A DNA stretch of 64,000 bases, taken from NCBI GenBank assembly GCA_964581545.1, contig CAZOOX010000001.1, forward strand, positions 440-64,439. Direction: 5' to 3'. Origin of the DNA: an uncultured Anaerolineaceae bacterium. Its GTDB lineage: Bacteria > Chloroflexota > Anaerolineae > Anaerolineales > Villigracilaceae. Positions 12,168 to 20,828 of the stretch are shown here, in pieces. The stretch's first letter is position 1. Each line of letters starts with the position of its first letter. Under the pieces are notes generated by a model that did no database searches, was not told where the DNA came from, and saw only the letters and a program-made list of their open reading frames with translations. The position numbers and the translations under genes are program-made.

Positions 12168-12339
12168 ATCTTTTTCCTTTGCCAGAATAGTTGTTTTTGG
12201 TCTGGCGGAGGCTATTATACTGATTTTTCTTGTGCTGTATAGTCTACGAAAGTCAGCGTTTAAGGGGAAAATGCCAAAACTCTCGATGAAACTTCTTTAA
12301 CGGTAGCAAGCCAAATTTGGGTGCGGAGCGGGTATCTTT

Positions 12340-13245
12340 TTAGGGGCAGCTAAAAGATGCTGATCCAAATTCCTGATGGTTTGGGTCGTCAATATATAGA
12401 TATGCGGTGAAGTTTCCTGCATGGGGGCATGCTGTCCAAAGAGTGGCGGCTTCTTTTGTCTCGCTGGATGCAAAATCAAGTTCTTCTGTGGCAGTAGTTA
12501 GGTCAGACTGCCCCGCTTCTCGAAGGATCCAATAATATTCCACTTTTCCTGCTTTGCTTGTTGTTACTTTTGCAGAGAGTGCGATGCCATGCCCGACAAT
12601 GTGGAATGCGTCCATATTATTAACGCTGGTGACTGCAAAATCGCCGCTTTTTACCTTTATCTGTACATAAACTTTGGCAAAAAGTATATTTTTGTTGTTG
12701 CGAATTTGCCACCTGCCTGTATAAGTGCCACTTGTAGCAGGCGCGGTTAGGTTGACAGAAATATCTACGGTATCTCCGGGGGCTACGCTGCCGAGCATAG
12801 ATTGAGGAGATGCGCCGCTCATTTGATTGCCGCTAACAAAGACGAGATCGTAATCAGATGTCCATGTACAGGTACCAATATTTTTAACACGCCATGTTTT
12901 TGTGAAGCTTTCTCCAGGTGGAAAAACGGTTTCATCTGGAACGGTAACGTCGGTTATAAATTTGGCCTTATTGCAGAGGTCTTCTGTGGGAGTCAGTGTT
13001 GGTAAAGTAGAGGTAGGGGGAAGGAGCGTGGGAGGGCTGAGTGTTGGCGCTGTGCTGCCAGAGTCTTGTGTTGGGGCATTGTTTGCGAGAGCAACTTCTG
13101 TTAGTTGTACTGCTGCTGTTTGTGCTGCTGCCGTAAAAACGATATTGGGGTCATTCGCTCGTGTTTCTTCAGTTGGGAGCGTGCAGGCGAAAATGATCAG
13201 TGTGCTGATGATAAGAAGGATAAAAAGTTTTGCTTTTTTCGACAT
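12340..13245 (-). CDS. secreted lipoprotein with NBR1-FW-like Ig-fold domain (tandem paralog)
   Basis: Lipobox LIIFACTL. CNKAKFITDVTVPDETVFPPGESFTKTWRVKNIGTCTW..LTAPATSGTYTGRWQI. Confidence 0.7.
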   Translation of the reverse strand: MSKKAKLFILLIISTLIIFACTLPTEETRANDPNIVFTAAAQTAAVQLTEVALANNAPTQDSGSTAPTLSPPTLLPPTSTLPTLTPTEDLCNKAKFITDVTVPDETVFPPGESFTKTWRVKNIGTCTWTSDYDLVFVSGNQMSGASPQSMLGSVAPGDTVDISVNLTAPATSGTYTGRWQIRNNKNILFAKVYVQIKVKSGDFAVTSVNNMDAFHIVGHGIALSAKVTTSKAGKVEYYWILREAGQSDLTTATEELDFASSETKEAATLWTACPHAGNFTAYLYIDDPNHQEFGSASFSCP

Positions 13246-13346
13246 GAGAACCTCCTGTTCTTTGATGAAGATGCGTAATTGTACATCATCAAAGAAAGCT
13301 GAAAAAGGTTGTTTTGTTGCCAGGTAGTTCGTAAAAGATATTTAAC

Positions 13347-13379
13347 AAAAAAAGACGCTCCGAAAGAGCGCCTTTTTTC
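13347..13379 (-). terminator. intrinsic terminator after the ABC ATPase gene
   Basis: A-run, GACGCTC-CGAAA-GAGCGCC, T-run. Lies 18 nt downstream of the stop at 13397. Confidence 0.7.
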
Positions 13380-13396
13380 TTTGCTTCTTGTATTTT

Positions 13397-14929
13397 TTAG
13401 ACAACCGCTTCAGGACGTGCCCCAGCCATCCACAAGCCGAGTTGCTCGCGGGTGGTGTCTTTGGCTTTTACGATAGTTACAATTTCGCCGCGGAACATAA
13501 TGGCGATACGATCTGAGAGTGAGAGAATTTCGTCCAATTCAGCGGAGACGACGACAACGCCCACACCTTCGTCACGCATTTTTACGATTTCTTTGTGGAT
13601 ATATTCGATGGAGCCAACGTCAAGTCCGCGTGTTGGCTGATTGGCGATTAAGACCTTGATGGGGCGGCTGAACTCACGTCCCACGATCACTTTTTGTTGA
13701 TTTCCGCCAGATAGTGTGGATGCGGAAACTTTGGGTCCCGGTGCCCGAACATCGAAGCGTAAAATAACCTCGAGTGCGTTCTCAAGAATGGCTTGGTCGT
13801 TGCGCACCATCATTTGCTCGGCAAAAGGCTCTTGATAATAGGTGTTTAGCACCATATTATCGGCAAGATCATAAGGCAGCACCAACCCATGTTTGTGGCG
13901 GTCTTCGGGGATATGTGCCATCCCATTTTCAACAAGGTATCGTGGATTGTCAAAGGGGATTTCTTTGCCTGAAAGAAGTACTCTCCCAGAATCTACATCG
14001 CGCAAGCCTGTGAATGCTTCAACTAATTCTGTCTGACCATTGCCTTGAATGCCTGCGATACCTAAGATCTCACCTGCACGAACTTCAAAAGAGACATCTT
14101 GAACAACTTCTATATCGCGCTCATCCTTAATTCGAAGATGTGCAACTTCAAAAACTACATCTTTGGGTTTTGCGGGAGCTTTTTCAACTTCGAGAAGAAC
14201 ATCTCGCCCAACCATCATTGTGGCGAGACCTTGTTGGTCAGTTTCTGCGGGTGATGTATGCCCCACAACCTTTCCACGTCGCATCACAGTGACGCGGTCA
14301 GCGACGTTTAGAATTTCTTTAAGCTTGTGCGTGATGAAAATAATAGAAACGCCTTGTTCAGTGAGTTGTCGCATGACAACAAAAAGGTCTTCAGCTTCTT
14401 GCGGAGTGAGTACGGCCGTAGGCTCATCAAGAACAAGGATATTTGCCTTACGATAGAGTGCTTTCAAAATTTCAACACGCTGTTGTACACCAACGGGGAG
14501 ATCTTCGACGATGGCATCGGGGTCTACTTCGAGGCCGTAAGCTTCGGAAATTTCTAAAATCTCTTTACGAGCACGGCTCAGATCAAGGCTGGTGCCTTTA
14601 GTTACTTCTGAGCCAAGGATCATATTTTCGGTCACGCTAAAGACGGGGACAAGCATGAAATGCTGATGCACCATACCGATGCCGTAGTTGATCGCATCGC
14701 TAGGTCCGTTAATCTCAACCAACTTGCTATCAACGAAGAATTCACCTTCATCCTGAGCATAAAGTCCATAAACAACATTCATCAGGGTGCTTTTTCCGGC
14801 ACCATTCTCTCCTAGCAGGGCGTGAATTTCACCTTTGCGGAGAGAGAAGCTAACATTGTCGTTAGCGAGAACGCCGGGAAATCTTTTCGTGACGTTGCGA
14901 ATTTCGAGAGCGAGATTTTCTTCGGTCAT
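13397..14929 (-). CDS. ABC transporter ATP-binding protein with duplicated ABC domains (CUT2 / BMP-nucleoside-sugar type)
   Basis: 510 aa. Walker A GENGAGKST, signatures LPVGVQQRVEI and LSGGNQQKV, Walker B ILVLDEPT. Confidence 0.9.
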   Translation of the reverse strand: MTEENLALEIRNVTKRFPGVLANDNVSFSLRKGEIHALLGENGAGKSTLMNVVYGLYAQDEGEFFVDSKLVEINGPSDAINYGIGMVHQHFMLVPVFSVTENMILGSEVTKGTSLDLSRARKEILEISEAYGLEVDPDAIVEDLPVGVQQRVEILKALYRKANILVLDEPTAVLTPQEAEDLFVVMRQLTEQGVSIIFITHKLKEILNVADRVTVMRRGKVVGHTSPAETDQQGLATMMVGRDVLLEVEKAPAKPKDVVFEVAHLRIKDERDIEVVQDVSFEVRAGEILGIAGIQGNGQTELVEAFTGLRDVDSGRVLLSGKEIPFDNPRYLVENGMAHIPEDRHKHGLVLPYDLADNMVLNTYYQEPFAEQMMVRNDQAILENALEVILRFDVRAPGPKVSASTLSGGNQQKVIVGREFSRPIKVLIANQPTRGLDVGSIEYIHKEIVKMRDEGVGVVVVSAELDEILSLSDRIAIMFRGEIVTIVKAKDTTREQLGLWMAGARPEAVV

Positions 14930-14932
14930 GGC

Positions 14933-15958
14933 TTACTCCTTCTCGTAGGGGACGCCATCTGCGGCGGGGACACGGGTGCGCCCAATAAAGCCAGATAAGA
15001 CGACAATGGTCAAAACATAAGGCAGCATCCCAATAAATTGATGTGCTATCTTAATATCAGCAAATTGAAGTTGGGTTTGCATGGCGTTCGCAAAACCAAA
15101 AAGAAGTGCTGCTCCCCATGCACCAAGAGGAGTAAATTTACCAAAAAGCATTACCGCCAGAGCCACAAAACCACGTCCGTTCGTCATGGCTCGTTCAAAG
15201 GAGCCGACGGCTTCCAAGGTCAGGAAGGCACCAGCCAAGCCCGCAATTGCGCCACCAACTATCACATTTACGTAGCGGACTTTGAAGACATTCACCCCAA
15301 GCGTATCTGCTGCACGGGGATGTTCGCCAACGGCACGGGTTCGCAAGCCCCATTTTGTATAAAAAAGGACATAGTGAACAACGATGACCAAAATGAAGGT
15401 CGCGTAAGTGATAGGCGGGTTATTGAAAAACGCTGGCCCGATGATAGGAATATCAGCAAGGGGGCCAAGGGGGATGGGTTGCATTTTCCCTTCAGTGGTG
15501 AGCCCGACTTGATAGAAATATCCTGTTAGACCGAGTGCGAGAATGTTGATAACTGTCCCGCCGATGATCTGATCCATTTTCAGGGTTACGGACATATAGG
15601 CGAGTAGCAAGCCCATGAGCGCACCGGTGAGAATAGCCGCGATAACGGCGATAAGGAGGTTGCCCGTCCAGACGTTGACAAGAAATCCGACAAAGGCGCC
15701 GAGGAGCATTTGTCCCTCGATCCCGATGTTGATCACTGCGGAGCGTTCTCCCAACAATCCGCATAATGCTCCCAAAACAAGCGGGGTGGACTGTCGAATG
15801 GTCGAAGCAAGAACAGCTTCTGTGATCTGGGAATTAAGGAAATATTGCCAAATGGTGATCCCGATTACAGCTACGGTGATAAAAATGGTAAAACCCCATT
15901 GCTTCAGAAATTGCTGCGAAGGGGAAAGGGGGGTGGGGAGGTTAGTTGTATTTTGCAT
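14933..15958 (-). CDS. ABC transporter permease (BMP/CUT2 family)
   Basis: Polytopic protein adjacent to the ATPase. ATG at 15958 is preceded by GGGAG and lies 10 nt after the upstream stop. Confidence 0.85.
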   Translation of the reverse strand: MQNTTNLPTPLSPSQQFLKQWGFTIFITVAVIGITIWQYFLNSQITEAVLASTIRQSTPLVLGALCGLLGERSAVINIGIEGQMLLGAFVGFLVNVWTGNLLIAVIAAILTGALMGLLLAYMSVTLKMDQIIGGTVINILALGLTGYFYQVGLTTEGKMQPIPLGPLADIPIIGPAFFNNPPITYATFILVIVVHYVLFYTKWGLRTRAVGEHPRAADTLGVNVFKVRYVNVIVGGAIAGLAGAFLTLEAVGSFERAMTNGRGFVALAVMLFGKFTPLGAWGAALLFGFANAMQTQLQFADIKIAHQFIGMLPYVLTIVVLSGFIGRTRVPAADGVPYEKE

Positions 15959-15968
15959 ATGAGGCTCC

Positions 15969-17084
15969 CTATTGTTGTCCCCAACCGCTGAGGGTGACTT
16001 TTTCGCCACTATCAGCTTTGGTACGGAGTAATTTGCGGATGATCATATCGGCGGTGACAAAGAAAAGCATTAGAGCCTGGATGACATCGGTGATCTCTTT
16101 GGCTACGCCTGCATCGAATTGCATGGTACTGGCGCCAGCTTTCATTGCCCCGATCAAAATGGCAGCGGGGATAATACCAATGGGGTGCGTTTTACCAAGC
16201 AGCGCGATCGTGATACCGTCAAAACCGAGACCTGTGTTGAAACCGGGTTGATAACGCCCAACGATACCTTGTGTCTCAACCGCACCACCAATACCTGCCA
16301 GAATACCGCTGATAACCATGGTAAGGATAACGGTTGCTGCAACCTTCATGCCGGCATATTTGGCAGCATGAGGGCTAAGGCCTACGGTGCGTATCTCAAA
16401 TCCTAGCGTGGTACGCCAGAGTAGCCACCAAACAATAATAGCGGCAAGAACTGCTAACAAAAAGCCGACCGGTATTTCTCCCAAAGTCGGGATACGGGCA
16501 CTGTCCAAAATTTCTGGGGTACGAGCAACAATATTGCCATTGGATGTGTCCTTGAAGGGACCATCGGCAAAATAGTCGGTCATATTGATGGCAACATAGT
16601 TAAGCATGATGGTCGTGATGACTTCATGTGCCCCCGTATAGGCTTTAAGTGCACCGGGGATGGCTGCAAATGCGGCTCCTGCGGCTGCGCCGATCAGCAG
16701 AGCGAGTGTTGCGTGCAGGAAGGGCGGCAAGCCTTCGATCATGAAGCCGGCTGCAGCAGAAGCCAATGCGCCAAAGAGCAATTGTCCTTGTGCGCCGATA
16801 TTGAAAAGCCCGGCCTTAAAAGCAAATGCGACTGCCAGCCCGCTAAAGATAAGCGGTGTGGCTTTTGCAAGGGTGCGGCCAAAAGCTTTCATGTTGCCAA
16901 AAGAGCCATCTATGAGCGCAACATATGCTTTGAGTGGTTCTGCTCCGGACACAGCGAGAATGATCGCACCGATGACAAGAGCCAAAAGCACGGCTGCCAA
17001 AGGAACTGCGATAACTCGCCAGGCAGCACCTAACCAATCAGTTATTGATCGGCTGCCCTCTTTGGGAGTTCGTTGTTCATCCAT
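15969..17084 (-). CDS. ABC transporter permease (BMP/CUT2 family)
   Basis: 371-aa polytopic paralog of the neighbouring permease. Confidence 0.85.
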   Translation of the reverse strand: MDEQRTPKEGSRSITDWLGAAWRVIAVPLAAVLLALVIGAIILAVSGAEPLKAYVALIDGSFGNMKAFGRTLAKATPLIFSGLAVAFAFKAGLFNIGAQGQLLFGALASAAAGFMIEGLPPFLHATLALLIGAAAGAAFAAIPGALKAYTGAHEVITTIMLNYVAINMTDYFADGPFKDTSNGNIVARTPEILDSARIPTLGEIPVGFLLAVLAAIIVWWLLWRTTLGFEIRTVGLSPHAAKYAGMKVAATVILTMVISGILAGIGGAVETQGIVGRYQPGFNTGLGFDGITIALLGKTHPIGIIPAAILIGAMKAGASTMQFDAGVAKEITDVIQALMLFFVTADMIIRKLLRTKADSGEKVTLSGWGQQ

Positions 17085-17163
17085 ATAAATTTACCTTCTT
17101 CAATGGTGGAATACTCGAAGCTGAATTTTACCGTGCTTTAGAAGGGGCGTAAAGCATGGTAGG

Positions 17164-17302
17164 GAACAAGCAGCAATTCCAAATTTGGATGAGTTTGCGA
17201 GGAGGGTGCACTTCCGACGAAGCAATCTCCCTGTAATGAGACCGCTTCGTCGCAAGCGCATGCTCCTCGCGGAGTCATATTTAGAATTGCTGGAGAACAA
17301 GC
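17164..17302. repeat. long imperfect palindromic element flanked by GAACAAGC direct repeats (MITE-like)
   Basis: Outer arms CAGCAATTCCAAAT / ATTTAGAATTGCTG, inner arms GCGAGGAG / CTCCTCGC and CGACGAAGC / GCTTCGTCG. GAACAAGC occurs at 17164-17171 and 17295-17302. Confidence 0.5.
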
Positions 17303-17322
17303 TGGTGAGTTGCAATGTGTTT

Positions 17323-18084
17323 CTAAGCTTTCGCAACAGGATTACTTAATGCTCCCAAACCTTCAATATCTACTTCTACTATGTCGCCCTCAGCTAGCGC
17401 GCCGACACCGGCCGGGGTGCCAGTATAGATCAGGTCGCCGGGTTCGAGGGTCATGACCGATGAGATGAAGGCGATAATGGTGCCTACGCTGAAAACCATA
17501 TCACGTGTGGATGCCATTTGGCGCATTTGCCCATTAACACGGCAAGTGACGACGGCATCGGCCGGGTCGAAGTCGGTATCTATCCATGGGCCAAAAGGGG
17601 CGAAAGTGTCGAAGCCTTTGCCACGTGTCCATAAACGATCAGCACGTTGGAGGTCACGGGCGGTTACATCGTTCCCAATGCTGTAGCCCAGAATATATTC
17701 TTTCGCATCTTCGGCGATGATATTTCGTCCGCGTTTGCCGATCACGACAACCAGTTCTGCTTCATGCTCTACTTGCTGGGATTGATGGGGCAGGATAATT
17801 GTATCGTTCGGATTGAGCAACGCAGAAGGCGGTTTGTGGAAAATAAGCGGTAGCTCAGGTACTTCAGCGTTATGCTCTTTGGCGTGGGCAGCATAATTTC
17901 GCCCAACGCAAAGGATTTTGCTGGGTTGAGATGGGGCGAGCAGTTTTGCTTCAGCGAGAGGGGTGGTGGCATCTAAGCGGCGAAATTCGCCAAAAAGGTC
18001 GCCTTCTATGTCGCCGATTTTGTCATCAAGCAACCAGCCGTAACGAGGAGATTTCTCTTCTGTTTGGTAGCGTAAAAAACGCAT
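17323..18084 (-). CDS. fumarylacetoacetate hydrolase family protein
   Basis: VGRNYAAHAKEHN..EAELVVVIGK..GYSIGNDVTARDLQ..KGFDTFAPFGPW. GGAGG lies 8 nt before the ATG at 18084. Confidence 0.85.
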   Translation of the reverse strand: MRFLRYQTEEKSPRYGWLLDDKIGDIEGDLFGEFRRLDATTPLAEAKLLAPSQPSKILCVGRNYAAHAKEHNAEVPELPLIFHKPPSALLNPNDTIILPHQSQQVEHEAELVVVIGKRGRNIIAEDAKEYILGYSIGNDVTARDLQRADRLWTRGKGFDTFAPFGPWIDTDFDPADAVVTCRVNGQMRQMASTRDMVFSVGTIIAFISSVMTLEPGDLIYTGTPAGVGALAEGDIVEVDIEGLGALSNPVAKA

Positions 18085-18268
18085 GGGGGTGTCCTCCAAA
18101 ATGATTGAGATTGTCCCTAGAGTTTAACACAAAGTCGTGTATAATATGCCCCGCACGAGGGCGCTTACCCTTTGCATTCTGAACGGATGCTTGAGTATAC
18201 GCTACGCCAGTAGTATAAAAAGTTTTGTTCCTGAAAACTTACTGGTTTCTCAAGTGCAAGTTTTGCAA

Positions 18269-18342
18269 GGGCGCTTAGCTCAGTTGGTTAGAGCACCTCG
18301 TTTACACCGAGGGGGTCGGGGGTTCGAGTCCCTCAGCGCCCA
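18269..18342 (+). tRNA. tRNA-Val (anticodon TAC)
   Basis: Hand-folded cloverleaf. Acceptor GGGCGCT/AGCGCCC, D arm GCTC..GAGC, anticodon arm CCTCG-TTTACAC-CGAGG, T arm GGGGG-TTCGAGT-CCCTC. 74 nt, CCA not encoded. Confidence 0.9.
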
Positions 18343-18348
18343 TGAAAA

Positions 18349-18373
18349 AGTCAACCGAAAGGTTGGCTTTTTG
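18349..18373 (+). terminator. intrinsic terminator after tRNA-Val
   Basis: AGTCAACC-GAAA-GGTTGGCT followed by TTTT. Confidence 0.7.
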
Positions 18374-18529
18374 TATTAACAATGATTATGGCGTTCGAGT
18401 GCTACGTGGTCAGTGCCTAAACGCATATAAAAACACTCTGGATTTTGCTGAAGTGTTTTTATCGAAACTATGTAAACCTTCTAGGGTTTTACTAGGTAGA
18501 AAATCATTCATTTATTTAGGAGAATAACA

Positions 18530-18697
18530 ATGAAACTCAATTTACCCAAGAAATCTACTTTTTATATTTCAGTTGTACTCGCCGTGCTTGGTCTACTAGG
18601 CTTTTACGGTGTAGCCTTCCTCTCTGGATTTGCTTTCTATCTTTTGCTTGCAGGCTATGGTGTTTTGGTTGCCGGCTTGTTCCTTAAAGGTTTTTAG
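18530..18697 (+). CDS. small (55 aa) two-TM membrane protein, below the ORF-track cutoff
   Basis: AGGAG lies 7 nt before the ATG. Translation MKLNLPKKSTFYISVVLAVLGLLGFYGVAFLSGFAFYLLLAGYGVLVAGLFLKGF. A strong terminator follows. Confidence 0.5.
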   Translation: MKLNLPKKSTFYISVVLAVLGLLGFYGVAFLSGFAFYLLLAGYGVLVAGLFLKGF

Positions 18698-18721
18698 CCT
18701 ACGCCTAATTATCGCATATAT

Positions 18722-18753
18722 CAAAACGCCCCTGAAAATTCAGGGGCGTTTTG
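18722..18753. terminator. bidirectional intrinsic terminator
   Basis: AACGCCCCTGA-AAAT-TCAGGGGCGTT with flanking A and T runs, between convergent genes. Confidence 0.8.
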
Positions 18754-18767
18754 CGTTAATCTTGTGC

Positions 18768-19292
18768 CTACGCTAATACCGCCCCTTCAAGTCTTAATAA
18801 CCATTTCTTCACATCCAACCCTCCACCATAACCGCGCAACTTTCCATCTGCCCCTAAAACGCGATGACAGGGGATCACCAAAGGCATCGGGTTTGTTGCC
18901 TCAGCACGCCCAACGGCTCGTGCCCCACTTGGGCGCCCAATTTGTGCAGCGATTTCGCCATAAGTGCTTGTGTGTCCATAGGGGATAGCAAAAGTTGCCA
19001 GCAAAGCCTCGCGTTGAAAGGAGCGCATCATCGACCAATCAATGGCAATTGTAAAGCGCCGGCGTTCACCGTCCAGATATTCACGCAATTGGTTGTCTGT
19101 GTGCGTTAACCGGCGCGGATTATTTTCAAGAGGTGTTTTGATGCGCCGCGAGAGATTTTTCAGGAATTCGGCTTCACTTTTCTCCCAATCAACGGCAACC
19201 AATCCCCGTTCCGAGCAGGCAACCCAGATATTGCCAATGGGCGTATCGTTTACTTTGCCAAAATAAATCGTAGGTTTTGGGGAACGCGTCAT
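18768..19292 (-). CDS. ogt: methylated-DNA--protein-cysteine methyltransferase
   Basis: Active-site motif IPCHRV plus YGEIA..G.P.AARAVG-like region. Confidence 0.9.
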   Translation of the reverse strand: MTRSPKPTIYFGKVNDTPIGNIWVACSERGLVAVDWEKSEAEFLKNLSRRIKTPLENNPRRLTHTDNQLREYLDGERRRFTIAIDWSMMRSFQREALLATFAIPYGHTSTYGEIAAQIGRPSGARAVGRAEATNPMPLVIPCHRVLGADGKLRGYGGGLDVKKWLLRLEGAVLA

Positions 19293-19528
19293 AGAAATCT
19301 CCTCTTTCTTTCACCTTATTGTAGCTTTTTGCCCTCTAAAATCAATACCCAGCCTTCATAAACCTTACATTTCCGATAACTATAGGCTCTCCGTAGGGTA
19401 ATCGTAGGGTAAGCGTCAAGTAGGCATTATGACCTCGTGTTAATATATAGGCAGTAAGAAGTGATTTCTCTTCTCCTCCTTTCAAAAGAGAGCCAGGGTC
19501 GGCGTCCTTGGCTCTCTCGATTCTAGCT

Positions 19529-19562
19529 AACCTTGCGAAATTCTTGCAAGGTTCTTTTTTTT
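19529..19562 (+). terminator. intrinsic terminator of an unannotated plus-strand transcript upstream of the prephenate dehydrogenase gene
   Basis: AACCTTGC-loop-GCAAGGTT, then C and eight T. Overlaps a TTGCAA..TATAAT promoter-like pair for the downstream gene. Confidence 0.65.
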
Positions 19563-19605
19563 GCGGGGTATAATTTCCGAAAAAGACCTGAAGGAAGGAT
19601 TTTCC

Positions 19606-20589
19606 ATGACCATACAAATTTCTATCATCGGTTTGGGGCAGATCGGTGCCTCTATCGGCTTGGCGCTTTCCGAGCATAAAAACCTCCTGATCATTGGGCA
19701 CGACAAAAATTTAAATACGGCAAAAGCTGCCGAAAAAATGGGTGCTCTTCATAAAGTAGATCGCAATTTGCCCAGCTCTGTGAAAGGTGCAGATATTATC
19801 GTTCTTGCCCTGCCTTTTGGAGAGATTCAGGAAACAATAGGCTATATCAAAAAAGACCTAAAAGCGGATGTAGTAATTCTGGATACTGCTCCTGGCAAGA
19901 ATGCTACCAGCAAATGGATGCAGGATGAATTACCAGCGGGACGCTCGTATATTGGGCTTGCTCCCGTTATAAATCCTGCTTATCTCGACGAGGCAGATCG
20001 GGGCGTTGATTCTGCTCGTGTAGATCTTTTCCACAAAGCTGTCACGATGATCGCAGCACCTCCTTCTGCGCCTAGCGAGGCTTTTCAACTTGCCACCGAT
20101 TTTGTCCAGTTGCTCGGTTCTCAACCCCTCTTTGCCGATCTCGCCGAAGTGGATGGCGTGATGGCTTCTGTGCATCTGCTTCCTCAGCTGACAGCTGTAG
20201 CTTTGCTCAATGCAACGGTAGATGCTCCGGGGTGGGGGGAAGCACGAAAAATTGCGGGGCAGCTTTATGCTCAAATAACGGCATCAAGCCCAAAAGCAGA
20301 GCGTACCCTTTCTTTATCCGCTGAAGCTTTGGCAAATGGAGAAAGCACTATCCGCGCTTTGGATGGGATGATCGCATCTCTCGAGGAAATCAAAGAGAGT
20401 GTTGAAGCTGGCAACAAGGAAGCTTTGGATGAAGTGTTGGAGCGTGCCGAAGAAGGACGTGCTGTATGGCTTGGCGAGCGACGATCTGCTGATTGGCTAT
20501 TAAAAGATGAGAAGCCAAAGACCCCGATTGAAATAGCTGGTATTTCTGAACGCTTATTTGGTTTTAGGCAGAAAAAGCCGCGCAACTAA
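19606..20589 (+). CDS. prephenate/arogenate dehydrogenase family protein
   Basis: N-terminal Rossmann ISIIGLGQIGASIGLAL, with length and layout of the TyrA family. ATG at 19606 is preceded by AAGGAAGG. Confidence 0.7.
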   Translation: MTIQISIIGLGQIGASIGLALSEHKNLLIIGHDKNLNTAKAAEKMGALHKVDRNLPSSVKGADIIVLALPFGEIQETIGYIKKDLKADVVILDTAPGKNATSKWMQDELPAGRSYIGLAPVINPAYLDEADRGVDSARVDLFHKAVTMIAAPPSAPSEAFQLATDFVQLLGSQPLFADLAEVDGVMASVHLLPQLTAVALLNATVDAPGWGEARKIAGQLYAQITASSPKAERTLSLSAEALANGESTIRALDGMIASLEEIKESVEAGNKEALDEVLERAEEGRAVWLGERRSADWLLKDEKPKTPIEIAGISERLFGFRQKKPRN

Positions 20590-20828
20590 TGCCTTTTTTC
20601 TGCTATATGGTCGAATGTGCTGACGAAAGCTTTTATACAGGCTGGTCAACAGACCCTGAACGCCGTGTAACAGTGCATAATGCAGGTAGGGGGGCAAAAT
20701 ATACACGAATGCGCCGCCCCGTGAAATTGATCTATGTAGAAGAGTTGCCAGATAAAAGTAGTGCCATGAAAAGAGAAATAGAGATCAAGAAGCTCTCTCG
20801 AAAAAGAAAAGAGGCATTGGTTAAATAA
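20589..20828 (+). CDS. GIY-YIG nuclease superfamily protein (UPF0213-like)
   Basis: FFCYMVECADESFYTGWSTDPERRVTVHN.G.GAKYTR..RPVKLIYVEE. Start overlaps the upstream stop. Confidence 0.85.
   Translation: MPFFCYMVECADESFYTGWSTDPERRVTVHNAGRGAKYTRMRRPVKLIYVEELPDKSSAMKREIEIKKLSRKRKEALVK

Noticed and set aside
15038-17088. Plus-strand ORFs of 62-163 aa across the ABC permease genes.
   Set aside because: They are antisense to polytopic permease genes. The products are Arg/Lys/Cys-rich with no start signals.
17100-17336. 78-aa minus-strand ORF.
   Set aside because: It lies wholly within the palindromic intergenic element, and the translation is Arg/Leu/Ser-rich.
19300-19560. T-box leader for the aromatic amino-acid gene (checked likewise upstream of ilvE at 26367-26563).
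   Set aside because: Neither region has a T-box core resembling AATTAGGGTGGTACCGCG, and no specifier-loop/antiterminator arrangement could be drawn.
19342-19701. 119-aa minus-strand ORF.
   Set aside because: It runs antisense across the start of the prephenate-dehydrogenase gene and through the terminator and promoter region, with no RBS.
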